DNA of 64,000 nt from the NCBI GenBank assembly GCA_965222605.1, contig OZ244960.1, forward strand, positions 3,104,001 through 3,168,000, in the 5' to 3' direction. The position numbers and the translations under genes were made by a program. The DNA comes from Candidatus Latescibacterota bacterium. GTDB taxonomy: Bacteria; Latescibacterota; UBA2968. The notes under the pieces were generated by a model. It was not told the origin of the DNA and did no database searches. It worked only from the letters and a program-made list of their open reading frames with translations. Of the stretch, positions 18,590 to 28,884 are shown piece after piece. Every line of letters begins with the position of its first letter. Positions within the stretch are counted from its first letter, which is position 1.

Positions 18590-21089
18590 TCACTCATATC
18601 GCAGTGCATCAATTGGATTGGACCGCGCTGCGCGAATGGCTTGCATGCTCACGGTTCCAAATGCGATGATCAGAGCCATTATCGCACTTGCAACAAAGGG
18701 CAATGCATTCAGGTCTGTCTGATAGGCAAATCCAGAGAGCCAGTTGTGCATCAGATAGTAGGCGATTGGCCAGGCGATGCCGTTGGCGAGAAGAACGAGG
18801 AATATAAATTCGCGCGAGAGTAGCATGACCAGATGCGAGGTGGATGCGCCCAGTACCTTCCGCACGCCAATTTCTTTGGTGCGAGACTGCACCATAAATG
18901 CCGCCAGTCCGAATAGTCCCAAGCACGCCACAAAAATTGCGAGCAACGAAAATATCCCGAGCATTTTGCCGGTGAGTTGCTCGTTGAAATAGATCCAATC
19001 TATGATTTCGTCCAAAAAGTGATATTCAAAGGGTACGTCTGGCACAAAGCGTTTCCATTGCGTTTCGAGAAAGGACAGGGTTTGCGCGGTGTTTTCTGGT
19101 CGGATGCGTAAAGCCAGCGCATAAAACATCTTCCAGCGGGCCAAAAACCCCATGGGGGCGATTTCTTCTCTTAGTGTCAAATTGTGGTAGTCTTTTACAA
19201 CGCCTATTACGGTCAGGGATAGGTTGTCATATGCTGGTAACACAATCTGTTTGCCAATCGGGTCGTCCTCCCAGCCGAGCAGGCGCACGGCTGTTTCGTT
19301 CAAAATAATTGCCTGAGAGGTATCGCTGGCAATAGCGGCTGAAAAGGCGCGACCGCGAAGTACGGGGATTTCAAATGTTTCAAAAAACGAGTCGTCAACT
19401 TCGTTTATGCGAAATGTTCGTTCTTTTGTGCGGTCTCCATCGGGCCAGTCGCAGTCGTCCGCTGTATCCTATAATGCGGTATCGCAGTGCTGATGCGCTG
19501 AGGATATTGGGGTGTTCGAGAAAGACCTGTTTGACCATCTGGTGGCGTGCTGAAAGACGTTTTTGTGGGTTTGGCTCTCCGGCAAAGTCCTGGACGAAAA
19601 TCGGCAAACTCACAATGTGATCGCGCGCAAAACCCATATCTTTGGTGTCTATAAATCGCAGTTGCTGATAGACCACCAGGGTGCAGATCACCAGCAAAAT
19701 GGACATGCCAAACTGAAAAACTACGAGTCCTTTCTTCAGTCCAGTGGAACCCGGGGAGGAAGACGCACTGCTTTTTAATGCTGTTACCGGGCGAAAAGAG
19801 GAGAGGAAAAACGCTGGATACCATCCCGCCAGTAATCCGACCAACAATGTGAGTGCCAATACCGCTGGCGCACCTGCCATCACGATAGCCGCGTTGAGGT
19901 GTAAATCGCCGCGCACAAATTGATTGAATAAGGGCAGGCATATCTCGACCAGTGCGAGGGCAATCAGCAGGGCGGAACAGGTTAAAAGCAGGGATTCGCT
20001 CAAAAATTGGACCATCAGTTGTGGGCGATGCGCGCCAACCACTTTTCGCACGCCCACTTCGCGCTTGCGGGTGACAGCGCGTGCAGTTGCCAGGTTTGTA
20101 AAGTTCACGCAGGCAATGACCACGAGGATCAGCCCAATGGCTGCCAGCATGTAAATGTGTTGCATGGGGCTGTCGGCAGTTGGGTTAAAATCGGATTCGC
20201 CATGCAAGTACACGCGGTGTAGGGGCTGTAAATAGTAGGTATTTTTTCCTGCAACTTCATCTCCCATATACTGCTTGATCAACGACTGAAGGGGATAATG
20301 AGGCCAATGAGACTTATGTTGAGCCGCAACTTCATCTCCCATATACTGCTTGATCAGCGACTGCATTTTCGCTTGTAGGGTTTCTGCGTTTTGCCCTGCT
20401 TTTAATAGCACAAAGGTGTTTACTGGACGCCACGATAGCAAAGGCCGCCACATCGTCCATACTTGTTGTGTTTCTTCTACAGGGGGTATGGTGGTTGAGA
20501 GTATTTGAAAATAAAGCTCTGGTGAGAGATGTGGCTTCTTTACAATGCCGGTGACTGTGTACTTGCCAGGGAAACTGTTGTCGTCGATTGAAAATGTTTG
20601 TCCCATTGGGTCAGTATCGCCAAATAAGTGTTGCGCCATGTCGTCGGTGATGACCGCAGAGTAGGGCGTGCGAAATGCGGTCTCTAAGTCGCCCTTTATG
20701 AGGGGAAAATCAAATACGTCTAAAAAGTTGTCATCTGCCAGCGCAAAGGAGTATCGACCCTTGCGCTCGCCGTATTGTGCAGACACCCCCCCCCACCAGA
20801 TACGCACAGTTGTTTCTACTTCGGGAAATGTTTCTTCCAACACAGGACCGAGTGCGCCTGATGTGCCGTTGCCATAAGTTGTTTGTGTGCTGCTGCGTTG
20901 TTCTCGAATCACTTTGTAAATGCGGTCGCCCAGGGTGTGAAAACGATCTGCTGCAAACTCCTGTTGGATATACAACAGGATCAAAATGCCACACGCCAGC
21001 CCGATGGCAAGTCCCAATACATTGATGGCAGTGTACAATTTGTGCCGCATCAAATTGCGGATCGCAACGGTCAGATAATTTTTGATCAT
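18590..21089 (-). pseudogene. MacB/FtsX-type ABC permease, subfamily B, frameshifted
   Basis: ATG 21089; compared with 41148-41160 (GGGCCAGGCCAGTC) one 5-bp GGCCA unit is missing at ~19443-19447, giving ORFs 19395-21158 and 18590-19303. Confidence 0.9.
20251..20363. repeat. 38-bp direct repeat flanking a 37-bp unique insert (in-frame, +25 aa)
   Basis: GCAACTTCATCTCCCATATACTGCTTGATCA[A/G]CGACTG at 20251-20288 and 20326-20363; paralogs have one copy. Confidence 0.9.
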
Positions 21090-21108
21090 GAGAAGCCTTC
21101 TTAAAAAT

Positions 21109-22929
21109 TTATTGATACCATTGTGCCTGGGCGGAAAATAGCCTGGCATATTCGCCATTGAGATTCAGTAATTCTTCATGAGAACCGGATTCGATGATTT
21201 GGCCATCCCTCATCACAATGACGCGGTCGGCCAATCGGGCAGCTCCCAGGCGGTGAGAAATCATGAGTGCTGTGCGATTCTCTGTCAGATCTACGAATCG
21301 CTCAAACAGGGCCAATTCTGCTTTGGGATCTAATGCCGATGTCGGTTCATCGAGCACGACCAGATCCGCATCTTTGAGATAGGCTCGTCCCAGTGCTACT
21401 TTTTGCCACTGTCCGCCAGATAGATCGCGGTCTCCAAATTTTCTTCCGAGATATCCATCCCATCCATCGCTCAGGTCTGCGTGAATATCGAGGATGTCCG
21501 CCTGGTGTGCAGCAGCGTGGAGTCTGGTGTCGTCAGACAGGGCGTCCAACTGTCCAAATCCGATATTTTCTCTGAGTTTCAGATCAAATTTTGCATAGTC
21601 TTGAAAAACCGCTGCAACGCGACTTTGCACTTCTTCGGGTGATCGTTTATCTATATCTCCATCCACCATGTAAATCTCACCCGCGTCGGGAACGTACAGT
21701 CCGATGAGTAATTTTACCAGTGTTGTTTTGCCGGCTCCATTTTCTCCCACAATCGCGATTTTCTCTCCGGCTTGAATTTGTAAATTCACATTTTTAACTA
21801 CGGGATCAGTCCCTGATGGATAGGTGAAAGTAACATCCTGGGCAGTGATGGCGAGTCCCTGTTTTGTGTTGGATGTCTGTTCAATGTGGGGCGCACTGAT
21901 TTTCTCGGTTGGCTCTTTCTCCTGCTCTTTCGCGAGCGCGAAAAACTCGAACGCATCGCCCAGAAATTCCGAGTGTTCGAGTATATCGCCCACGCTCTGG
22001 ACGGTGCCCTGTAAAAAATTTTGGAAACGCGTCGCATAACTGATCACCACGGCCAAATCGCCAATTGTGGCTTGTCCCATAACAACGGAATAGATAATTA
22101 GAGATAGCGCACCGGCATAGCTCAGCCATTCCCAGAAGCCTCCAAATGCATGATAGCCCGAGTCGCGTTTATGGACATTCAAAACGTCTTTTTCGCGCGT
22201 TCGCCATGAATGCGCCCAGCGATTGTGCAAAAATCTCGACAAATCGAAGAGGCGCACTTCAGCCGCAGCTTGTCTATCTGTGAGCAATTCCTGGTAATAA
22301 TGCCGCAGCCTGTCGGTCAAGGTGTGCTTTCGTTGCACATCGTACACCATGTGGGCGCGTTTTGATTGTAGCAGAAGAGAGGGGATGATTCCAAGTGCCA
22401 TGATTGGAATGACCCACGGATGCACGACAAACAAAGTGCCGGCAATTGAAGCGGCAATGGAAAACTGCCAAAGGGGAAGGAGCAGGCTGTTGAGCAATTC
22501 CGTGAGGCGGTCGCCTAAATTGTTATTCGCACGTCGGATACAGTCGTAAAACGCACCATCTTCAAATCGGATGAGCGGCGCATTGGCGGCTTGTTCGTAA
22601 ATGCGCGATTGTATGTGATAAGTCGCGTGGTCGCGGAGATAGGCCATGATGATCGGACGAATCATATTCATGGTCATCTCAACCAAAGTGGCTGCGATGT
22701 AGAGGAGCATATAGGTCGGGATATCCCAGGCACCGGGCGTGGGGGATTCGACGAGGGCATTAATCAGTCCCCGCGTAGCCAGGGCATAGGCAATGTAAGA
22801 AAATCCCGGTATCACTGTGGTGGCAATTAAAACGACAAAAGCAATGGGATGTGCGCGCCAGAGTTCGATAACCATAGCGACAATAGGACGCCACAGGCTT
22901 TTTCGTTCGGATGATTTCTCCAGGCTCAT
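21109..22929 (-). CDS. Fused ABC exporter (TMD + ATPase)
   Basis: GENGAGKTT, LSGGQWQ, VVLDEPTSALD, SHRL; ATG overlaps the upstream stop (ATGA). Confidence 0.95.
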   Translation of the reverse strand: MSLEKSSERKSLWRPIVAMVIELWRAHPIAFVVLIATTVIPGFSYIAYALATRGLINALVESPTPGAWDIPTYMLLYIAATLVEMTMNMIRPIIMAYLRDHATYHIQSRIYEQAANAPLIRFEDGAFYDCIRRANNNLGDRLTELLNSLLLPLWQFSIAASIAGTLFVVHPWVIPIMALGIIPSLLLQSKRAHMVYDVQRKHTLTDRLRHYYQELLTDRQAAAEVRLFDLSRFLHNRWAHSWRTREKDVLNVHKRDSGYHAFGGFWEWLSYAGALSLIIYSVVMGQATIGDLAVVISYATRFQNFLQGTVQSVGDILEHSEFLGDAFEFFALAKEQEKEPTEKISAPHIEQTSNTKQGLAITAQDVTFTYPSGTDPVVKNVNLQIQAGEKIAIVGENGAGKTTLVKLLIGLYVPDAGEIYMVDGDIDKRSPEEVQSRVAAVFQDYAKFDLKLRENIGFGQLDALSDDTRLHAAAHQADILDIHADLSDGWDGYLGRKFGDRDLSGGQWQKVALGRAYLKDADLVVLDEPTSALDPKAELALFERFVDLTENRTALMISHRLGAARLADRVIVMRDGQIIESGSHEELLNLNGEYARLFSAQAQWYQ

Positions 22930-24785
22930 CGGTACCACCTCGCTTGAGATTCAAACATCTCTGCGTACTCTCCACCTTCGCGCAACAACTGATCGTGTGT
23001 GCCTTCTTCTATAACGGTTCCTCCGCGAAAGACGAGGATGCGGTCTGCCAAACGCGCCATGCCGAGTCGGTGGGCGATCATTAATGCGGTGCGCCCGGCA
23101 GCGAGTTCCCGAAAGCGTTCAAAAATTGCGAGTTCAGCCATTGGGTCCAGGGCAGCAGTGGGTTCGTCGAGGACGATTACTTCAGAATTTCGGAAAAAGG
23201 CTCTTGCGAGTGCCACGCGTTGCCACTGTCCTCCCGAAAGATCGACGCCACCCATTTCGGGGCCGATGAGTGTGTCGTATCCCTGGGGCAAAGAATCGGT
23301 TATATCCGCACCCACTTGAACAGCGGCGCGATTTACAGCGAGTTTCTGTTCTTCGGTTTGAACCTGGGATAGGGCGATGTTTTCGGCGAGAGAAAGATGG
23401 TAGCGGACATAAGATTGCATGACGGCTGAGTATGCGCGATAGAGCACATGTGGTTCTATGTCTTGATAATCAATGCCATCGGCTAAAATCACGCCTGAAT
23501 CGGGGCGATAGAGTCCCAATAACAGGCGGACAAAGGTGGTTTTACCCGATCCATTTTCGCCGACAATGGCGACTTTTTCTCCGGCGTTGATCTCGAGATT
23601 TAGATTTCGGAGCGCAGGGGCTTCGCTTCCGGGGTAGGTATAAGTCACATTTTTTACGACGATGCCTTGGCGCAAGGGTTTTGGAAATGGTCTGGTATTT
23701 TTTGTCGGGTCAGGAGATGGGGCACTGTATTCGGGCAGGTCGAGAAAATGGCGCAGGTCTGACGCATAACCCGAAGATTCTCCTAACTGGCGAAGGGCCA
23801 GTACGATCAAATACATGGGATCGAGGATGCCCGAAACCGCTTGAAAGAAAATCGTATAGAGACCGGGAGATGCATTTACAGACGGACTGACGGCAATATA
23901 GTATAAGGCACTGATACTTGCCAGAACGGCGATGCCGTACGTGCCAAACTGTTTGAGATCTACCCGGATAGCCTCGCGGCGCAATTCATTTCTGGAGTCC
24001 CAATAGAGTTTTGTCCACCTGTCAATCAAATATTGTTTCAAATCATAAAGACGCGCCTCTTTAGCTGTATTGCGGTCAATTAGTATGGCGCCGTAATAAT
24101 CTGCCAAACGCCGCTTAAATGTTTGGCGACTCAAGACAGACCAGACATCCTGACCTCCCTTCATGGCTATCCAGATAGATACCCCTGTAAGTCCCACTAC
24201 GCCCATCAGGATAAAAGGATGGATGACCCAGAGAACAGCACCATATCCGATCAGGCTGGAGAGGTTGCGGACGACGCTCATGACCTGGTCTAAAATATCA
24301 GGTCCTTTTTGTTCGGTTTGAGACATGGCGCGCGTGAGTTCATCGTAATAGCCCGTGTGCTCGAATTGTTCTAATGAGAGGCGAGGGGCTTTGACGATGA
24401 CGAGGCGGGTCAGTTCCCTTCCTGCGGCTTGTTGGAATTTGCCGCTCAACCATGGGTCTATCCACCCCACCAATCGCTGAATAAAAAGTCCCGCGAGAAG
24501 GAAAGTTAGATAGGTGAATACCGAGTTCGGGGATCCGCTGGATCGAACCATATCGACCACAGCATCAACCAAATACTTGGTAATCCACAGGTTGATGGGC
24601 AGTACGAGGCTGCGAATGAGGGACGTAAACGCCCATAAGAGAGCCGGAGATGGTGCCACTTTCAGAACGAGGCGCAATAACCAGATCAGATTCAGGAATT
24701 GTTTTAAGGATCCGAGGCGATCTGCCCTGAAAACTGGAGTGGGCTTGGGCTGGGCGGAAGAGCGGGGAGTATTGGGGGTATTCAT
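22926..24785 (-). CDS. Fused ABC exporter (TMD + ATPase)
   Basis: GENGSGKTT, LSGGQWQ, VLDEPTAALD, AHRL; probable heterodimer partner of 21109-22929. Confidence 0.95.
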   Translation of the reverse strand: MNTPNTPRSSAQPKPTPVFRADRLGSLKQFLNLIWLLRLVLKVAPSPALLWAFTSLIRSLVLPINLWITKYLVDAVVDMVRSSGSPNSVFTYLTFLLAGLFIQRLVGWIDPWLSGKFQQAAGRELTRLVIVKAPRLSLEQFEHTGYYDELTRAMSQTEQKGPDILDQVMSVVRNLSSLIGYGAVLWVIHPFILMGVVGLTGVSIWIAMKGGQDVWSVLSRQTFKRRLADYYGAILIDRNTAKEARLYDLKQYLIDRWTKLYWDSRNELRREAIRVDLKQFGTYGIAVLASISALYYIAVSPSVNASPGLYTIFFQAVSGILDPMYLIVLALRQLGESSGYASDLRHFLDLPEYSAPSPDPTKNTRPFPKPLRQGIVVKNVTYTYPGSEAPALRNLNLEINAGEKVAIVGENGSGKTTFVRLLLGLYRPDSGVILADGIDYQDIEPHVLYRAYSAVMQSYVRYHLSLAENIALSQVQTEEQKLAVNRAAVQVGADITDSLPQGYDTLIGPEMGGVDLSGGQWQRVALARAFFRNSEVIVLDEPTAALDPMAELAIFERFRELAAGRTALMIAHRLGMARLADRILVFRGGTVIEEGTHDQLLREGGEYAEMFESQARWYR

Positions 24786-26538
24786 AGAAATGGCTCACTC
24801 ATATCGCAACGCATCAATCGGATTGGATCGCGCTGCGCGAATGGCTTGCATGCTCACGGTTCCAAAGGCGATGATCAGAGCCATTATTGCGCTCGCAACA
24901 AATGGCACTACATTCAGGTCTGTCTGATAGGCAAACCCGGAGAGCCAGTCGTGCATCAGATAGTAGGCGATTGGCCAGGCAATGCCGTTGGCGAGCAGAA
25001 TGAGCAACATAAATTCGCGCGAGAGTAGCATCATTAGATGCGGTGTGGATGCGCCCAGTATTTTCCGCACGCCAATTTCTTTGGTGCGAGCCTGAACCAT
25101 AAACGCCGCCAGTCCAAACAGTCCCAAACACGCTACAAAAATTGCCAGTAGTGAAAATACCCCGAGCATTTTGCCGGTGCGCCGTTCGTCGAAATAGTGC
25201 AAGTATATGATTTCATCCAGGAAGTAATATTCAAAGGGTTCATCCGGCACAAAGCGTTTCCACTGTGTTTCGAGAAAGGACAGGGTCTGCGCGGTGTTTT
25301 CCGGGCGGATGCGTAAGGCCAGCGAATAAAATACCTCCCAACGGGCCAAAAACCCCATGGGGGCTATTTCTTCTCGGAGCGTCAAGCTGTGGTAGTCTTT
25401 TACAACGCCAATTACGGTCAGGGTTTGATTTTGAAATTCTGGAGATTCGATCTGTTTGCCAATCGGATCTTCCTCCCAGCCGAGCAGGTGCACGGCTGTT
25501 TCGTTCAAAATAATTGCCTGAGAGGTATCGCTGGCAACATCGGCTGAAAAGGTGCGACCGCGAAGTAAGGGAATGTCAAATGTCTCAAAAAAAGAATCAT
25601 CAACTTCGTTTATGCGAATTGTCCGTTCTTTTGTTCGGTCTCCATTGGGCCAGATTAGTCGCGGTAGTCCGCCGTATCCCGTAATGCGGTATCGCAGTGC
25701 CGACGCGCTGAGGATATTGGGGTGTTCGAGAAAGACCTGTTTGACCATAAGGTAGCGTGCCGAAAGGCGCATTTGTGGGTTGGATTCCTTCTTAAAATCG
25801 CGGAGAAAAATCGGCAAACTCACAATGTGATCGCGCGTGAAACCCATATCTTTGGTGTCTATAAATCGCAGTTGTTGATAAACCACCAGGGTGCAGATCA
25901 CCAGCAAGATGGACATGCCAAACTGAAAAACCACGAGTCCTTTCCGCAGTCCTGTGGAACCCGGTGAGGAAAACGCACTGCTTTTTAACGCTGTGACCGG
26001 GCGAAAGGAGGAAAGGAAAAATGCTGGATACCATCCCGCCAGCAATCCGACTATCAATGTTAGTGTCAGCACTGCTGGGGCACCTGCTATCACGATAGCT
26101 GCGTTGAGATGTAAATCGCTGTACACAAATTGGTTGAATAGGGGCAGGCATATCTCGACCAGTGCCAGGGCAATCAGCAGGGCAGCGCAGGTTAAAAGCA
26201 GGGATTCGCTCAAAAACTGAACCATCAGTTGCAGGCGATGCGCGCCAACCACTTTTCGCACGCCTACTTCACGCTTGCGGGTGACAGCGCGTGCAGTTGC
26301 CAGATTTGTAAAATTCACGCAGGCAATGACCACCACGATCAGTCCGATAACCGCCAGCATGTAAATTTTTTGAATAGGGCTGTTGGCAGCCGGGTTAAAA
26401 TCGGATTCACCATACAAGTACACGCGGTGCAGGGGCTGCAAATGGTAGGTGTTTTTTGCCGCAACTTCATCCCCCATATACTGTTTGATCAACGACTGCA
26501 TTTTCGCTTGTAGGATTTCTGCGTTTTGTTCTTCTTTT

Positions 26539-28102
26539 GTAACTATTTAGGTATGTGAGTAATCAAGGGTATAGTTGTGTTCTTTCAAGACCAGTGCAAG
26601 TTCTTTCAAGACAGGGATGCGCTGTTTTCTCAAGGTTGAGAGGAAGGCTTGGAGGCGTGCATATCTCTTGGCCCCTGCCAAGGTGCGAAAGCATGTGGCG
26701 ACTTTCTGTTTGACTTTTGCCGGGCGCAAGTCTCGTTCGGCTTGATTATTGGTGAACGGGACAGCATGGTGAAAGGCAAAGGCCAATACCGCGTCTTGAT
26801 GTGTGATGAGCCGTTGGAGTAAGTTATAGGCACGACTACCTTTTGCCCGTCCCTTCTTGCCAGTCTTCTTGACAGGTGGCGGTTCCTTCTTTTGGGCATA
26901 AAGGAGCAGACGTTGATAGATTTGGCGGGCTTTGGGCTGCTTCGCTTCGGGCAGATTGGTTGTGCCTTGCACACTCATGCGATAAAGGGCTAAGAGGAAG
27001 CGGTGCATGTGCTTGGCCCATCGGCTCCCATTCTCATAGGCATCGGTGAGTTCGCGCAGGAGATGTGCACCGCAAAGACTATGGCGACAAGGCCAAGAGG
27101 TGAAATAGCTCGCATAGCTATCGTGGACGGCCCAACCGGGGAAGGTGTTAAGCACCGAATCGGCTCCTTGCAACGCCTCACGTCCCCGTTTTTGATGCAC
27201 GAACAAATGTGTCTCGTGTCCTGTGCTTGAGACATGCAGCCAGTGCAGGCGGCCTGCTACCCTCAGTCCGGTCTCATCAAAATGCGCCACCGGACTTGCC
27301 ATCAGCCGTTTCTTAATCACCGATTCGGTCTTTTCTAAGCCCCGATAGGCCAAGTCCAAGGCATCCTGTTGCGTGCTTTCATTGATGCCATGCCCAAACA
27401 GGTCTTCAAACAGATGCTTGATTTTCTTGAACGGAAGCCGATAGTCCACATTGAGCAGACAGGATAAGGCACGAACACGCGACCCATATTGCACCGGCGC
27501 AGAGATAGGAGGTGGAAAGCGAGAAGTGTGATAGGCGCCACAGCGCGAACAAGAACACCCAAAGGTCTGATATTCGGTCACCACCATACGAGGCTCTGGC
27601 AGATCAAAGCATTGGCGACGCGCAAGCAGACTTTGGGCAGCGGTGGACAAATCCTGACCGCAAGAACACTTTTCAACCCGCAGGGGAACCACCACATCCG
27701 GGGTCTCAACCTGCGACAACGTTTGACCCTTATGACCGCGCAGACCACCGCGCCGACGCTTCTGACTCGACTTGGGAAAGGCTGGCTTTTTGCGATATCC
27801 CTCGCTGGATGGGGGACGATGGCTATTCTGGCTATCTTGACCTACTTGCCGCTTGAGGCGGGCATTTTCTTCGCGTAATTGCACGTTCTCTTCGCGTAAT
27901 TGCTCAGTCTCAAGACTTAAGCACTCATGCCCTGCTTCCAAGTGCTCAATGCGACTTAATAACTCATCTATGAGGTGATGAAGGCCAACAATATCTTCTG
28001 GACGACGCAATTCCACATCCTTTCATTAAACAAAACATAAATCACTCACTCAGACATAGGATAGACTTTTATAACCCTAAACGCAACAACCTAAATAGTT
28101 AC
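26539..28102. mobile_element. Complete IS66-family element (single-ORF, ISBst12-like), 1564 bp
   Basis: 14-bp perfect IR GTAACTATTTAGGT / ACCTAAATAGTTAC; 8-bp TSD CTTCTTTT at 26531-26538 and 28103-28110. Confidence 0.95.
26547..28016 (-). CDS. tnpC: IS66 family transposase
   Basis: NSHRPPSS, zinc-finger Cys, HFDETG, VHDSY, LCGAHLLREL, FTNNQAERDLR motifs. Confidence 0.95.
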   Translation of the reverse strand: MELRRPEDIVGLHHLIDELLSRIEHLEAGHECLSLETEQLREENVQLREENARLKRQVGQDSQNSHRPPSSEGYRKKPAFPKSSQKRRRGGLRGHKGQTLSQVETPDVVVPLRVEKCSCGQDLSTAAQSLLARRQCFDLPEPRMVVTEYQTFGCSCSRCGAYHTSRFPPPISAPVQYGSRVRALSCLLNVDYRLPFKKIKHLFEDLFGHGINESTQQDALDLAYRGLEKTESVIKKRLMASPVAHFDETGLRVAGRLHWLHVSSTGHETHLFVHQKRGREALQGADSVLNTFPGWAVHDSYASYFTSWPCRHSLCGAHLLRELTDAYENGSRWAKHMHRFLLALYRMSVQGTTNLPEAKQPKARQIYQRLLLYAQKKEPPPVKKTGKKGRAKGSRAYNLLQRLITHQDAVLAFAFHHAVPFTNNQAERDLRPAKVKQKVATCFRTLAGAKRYARLQAFLSTLRKQRIPVLKELALVLKEHNYTLDYSHT

Positions 28103-28884
28103 CTTCTTTTAATAGCACATAGGTTTTTATCGGACGCCACAATTGCAAAGGCATCCACATCGTCCACGCCTCTTGCGTTTCTCCTACGGGGGGTATTGTG
28201 GTTAAGAGTATTTGAAAATAAAGGTCTGATGGGAGGTAAAGGTCTGATGAGAGGTGTGACTTCTTTACAATGCCGGTTACTGTGTACTCGCCCGGAAAAC
28301 TGCGAATGTCGATTGAAAATGTTTTGCCCATTGGATCAGTATCGCCAAATAAGTGTTGCGCCATGTCGTCGGTAATGACCGCAGAGTAGGGCGTGCGAAA
28401 CGCGGTCTTTGGATCGCCTTTTATCAGGGGAAAGTCGAATACGTCCAAAAAGTTGTCATCTACCAGCGCCGAAATATATTGACCCTGGTGCTCGCCATAT
28501 TTTGCAGATACGCCCCACTGCTGCCAGATACGCACAGTTGTTTCTACTTCGGGAAATGTTTCTTCTAACGCAGGTCCAAGGGCACCTGATGTACCACTGC
28601 CATAAGTTGTTTGTGTGCTGCCGCGTTCTTCTCGAATCACTTTGTAAATGCGGTCGCCCAGTGTGTGATCGCGATCTACTGAAAATTCCTGTTGGATATA
28701 CAACAGGATCAAAATGCCACACGCCAATCCAATGGCAAGTCCCAATACATTGATGGATGTGTACAATTTGTGCCGCATCAAATTGCGGACCGCAACGGTT
28801 AGATAATTTTTGATCATAAGAAGCCTCCTGATGGCGAAGCGCAAGCAGTCAGCGGTCGGCAGCTCCCGGTCCCCAGCTCCAGTC

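Larger units (their letters stand above)
24795..28817 (-). pseudogene. MacB/FtsX-type ABC permease, subfamily B, interrupted by IS66
   Basis: 5' part 28817-28103 and 3' part 26538-24795 rejoin in frame (VLLKEEQNAEILQAKMQ) once the IS and one TSD copy are removed. Confidence 0.92.

Noticed and set aside
20251-20363. A genuine CRISPR array
   Set aside because: Only two repeats, which are permease coding sequence; no cas genes or leader.
20786-20794. G9 tract as a phase-variation switch
   Set aside because: Currently in frame, absent from paralogs, and the gene is frameshifted elsewhere.
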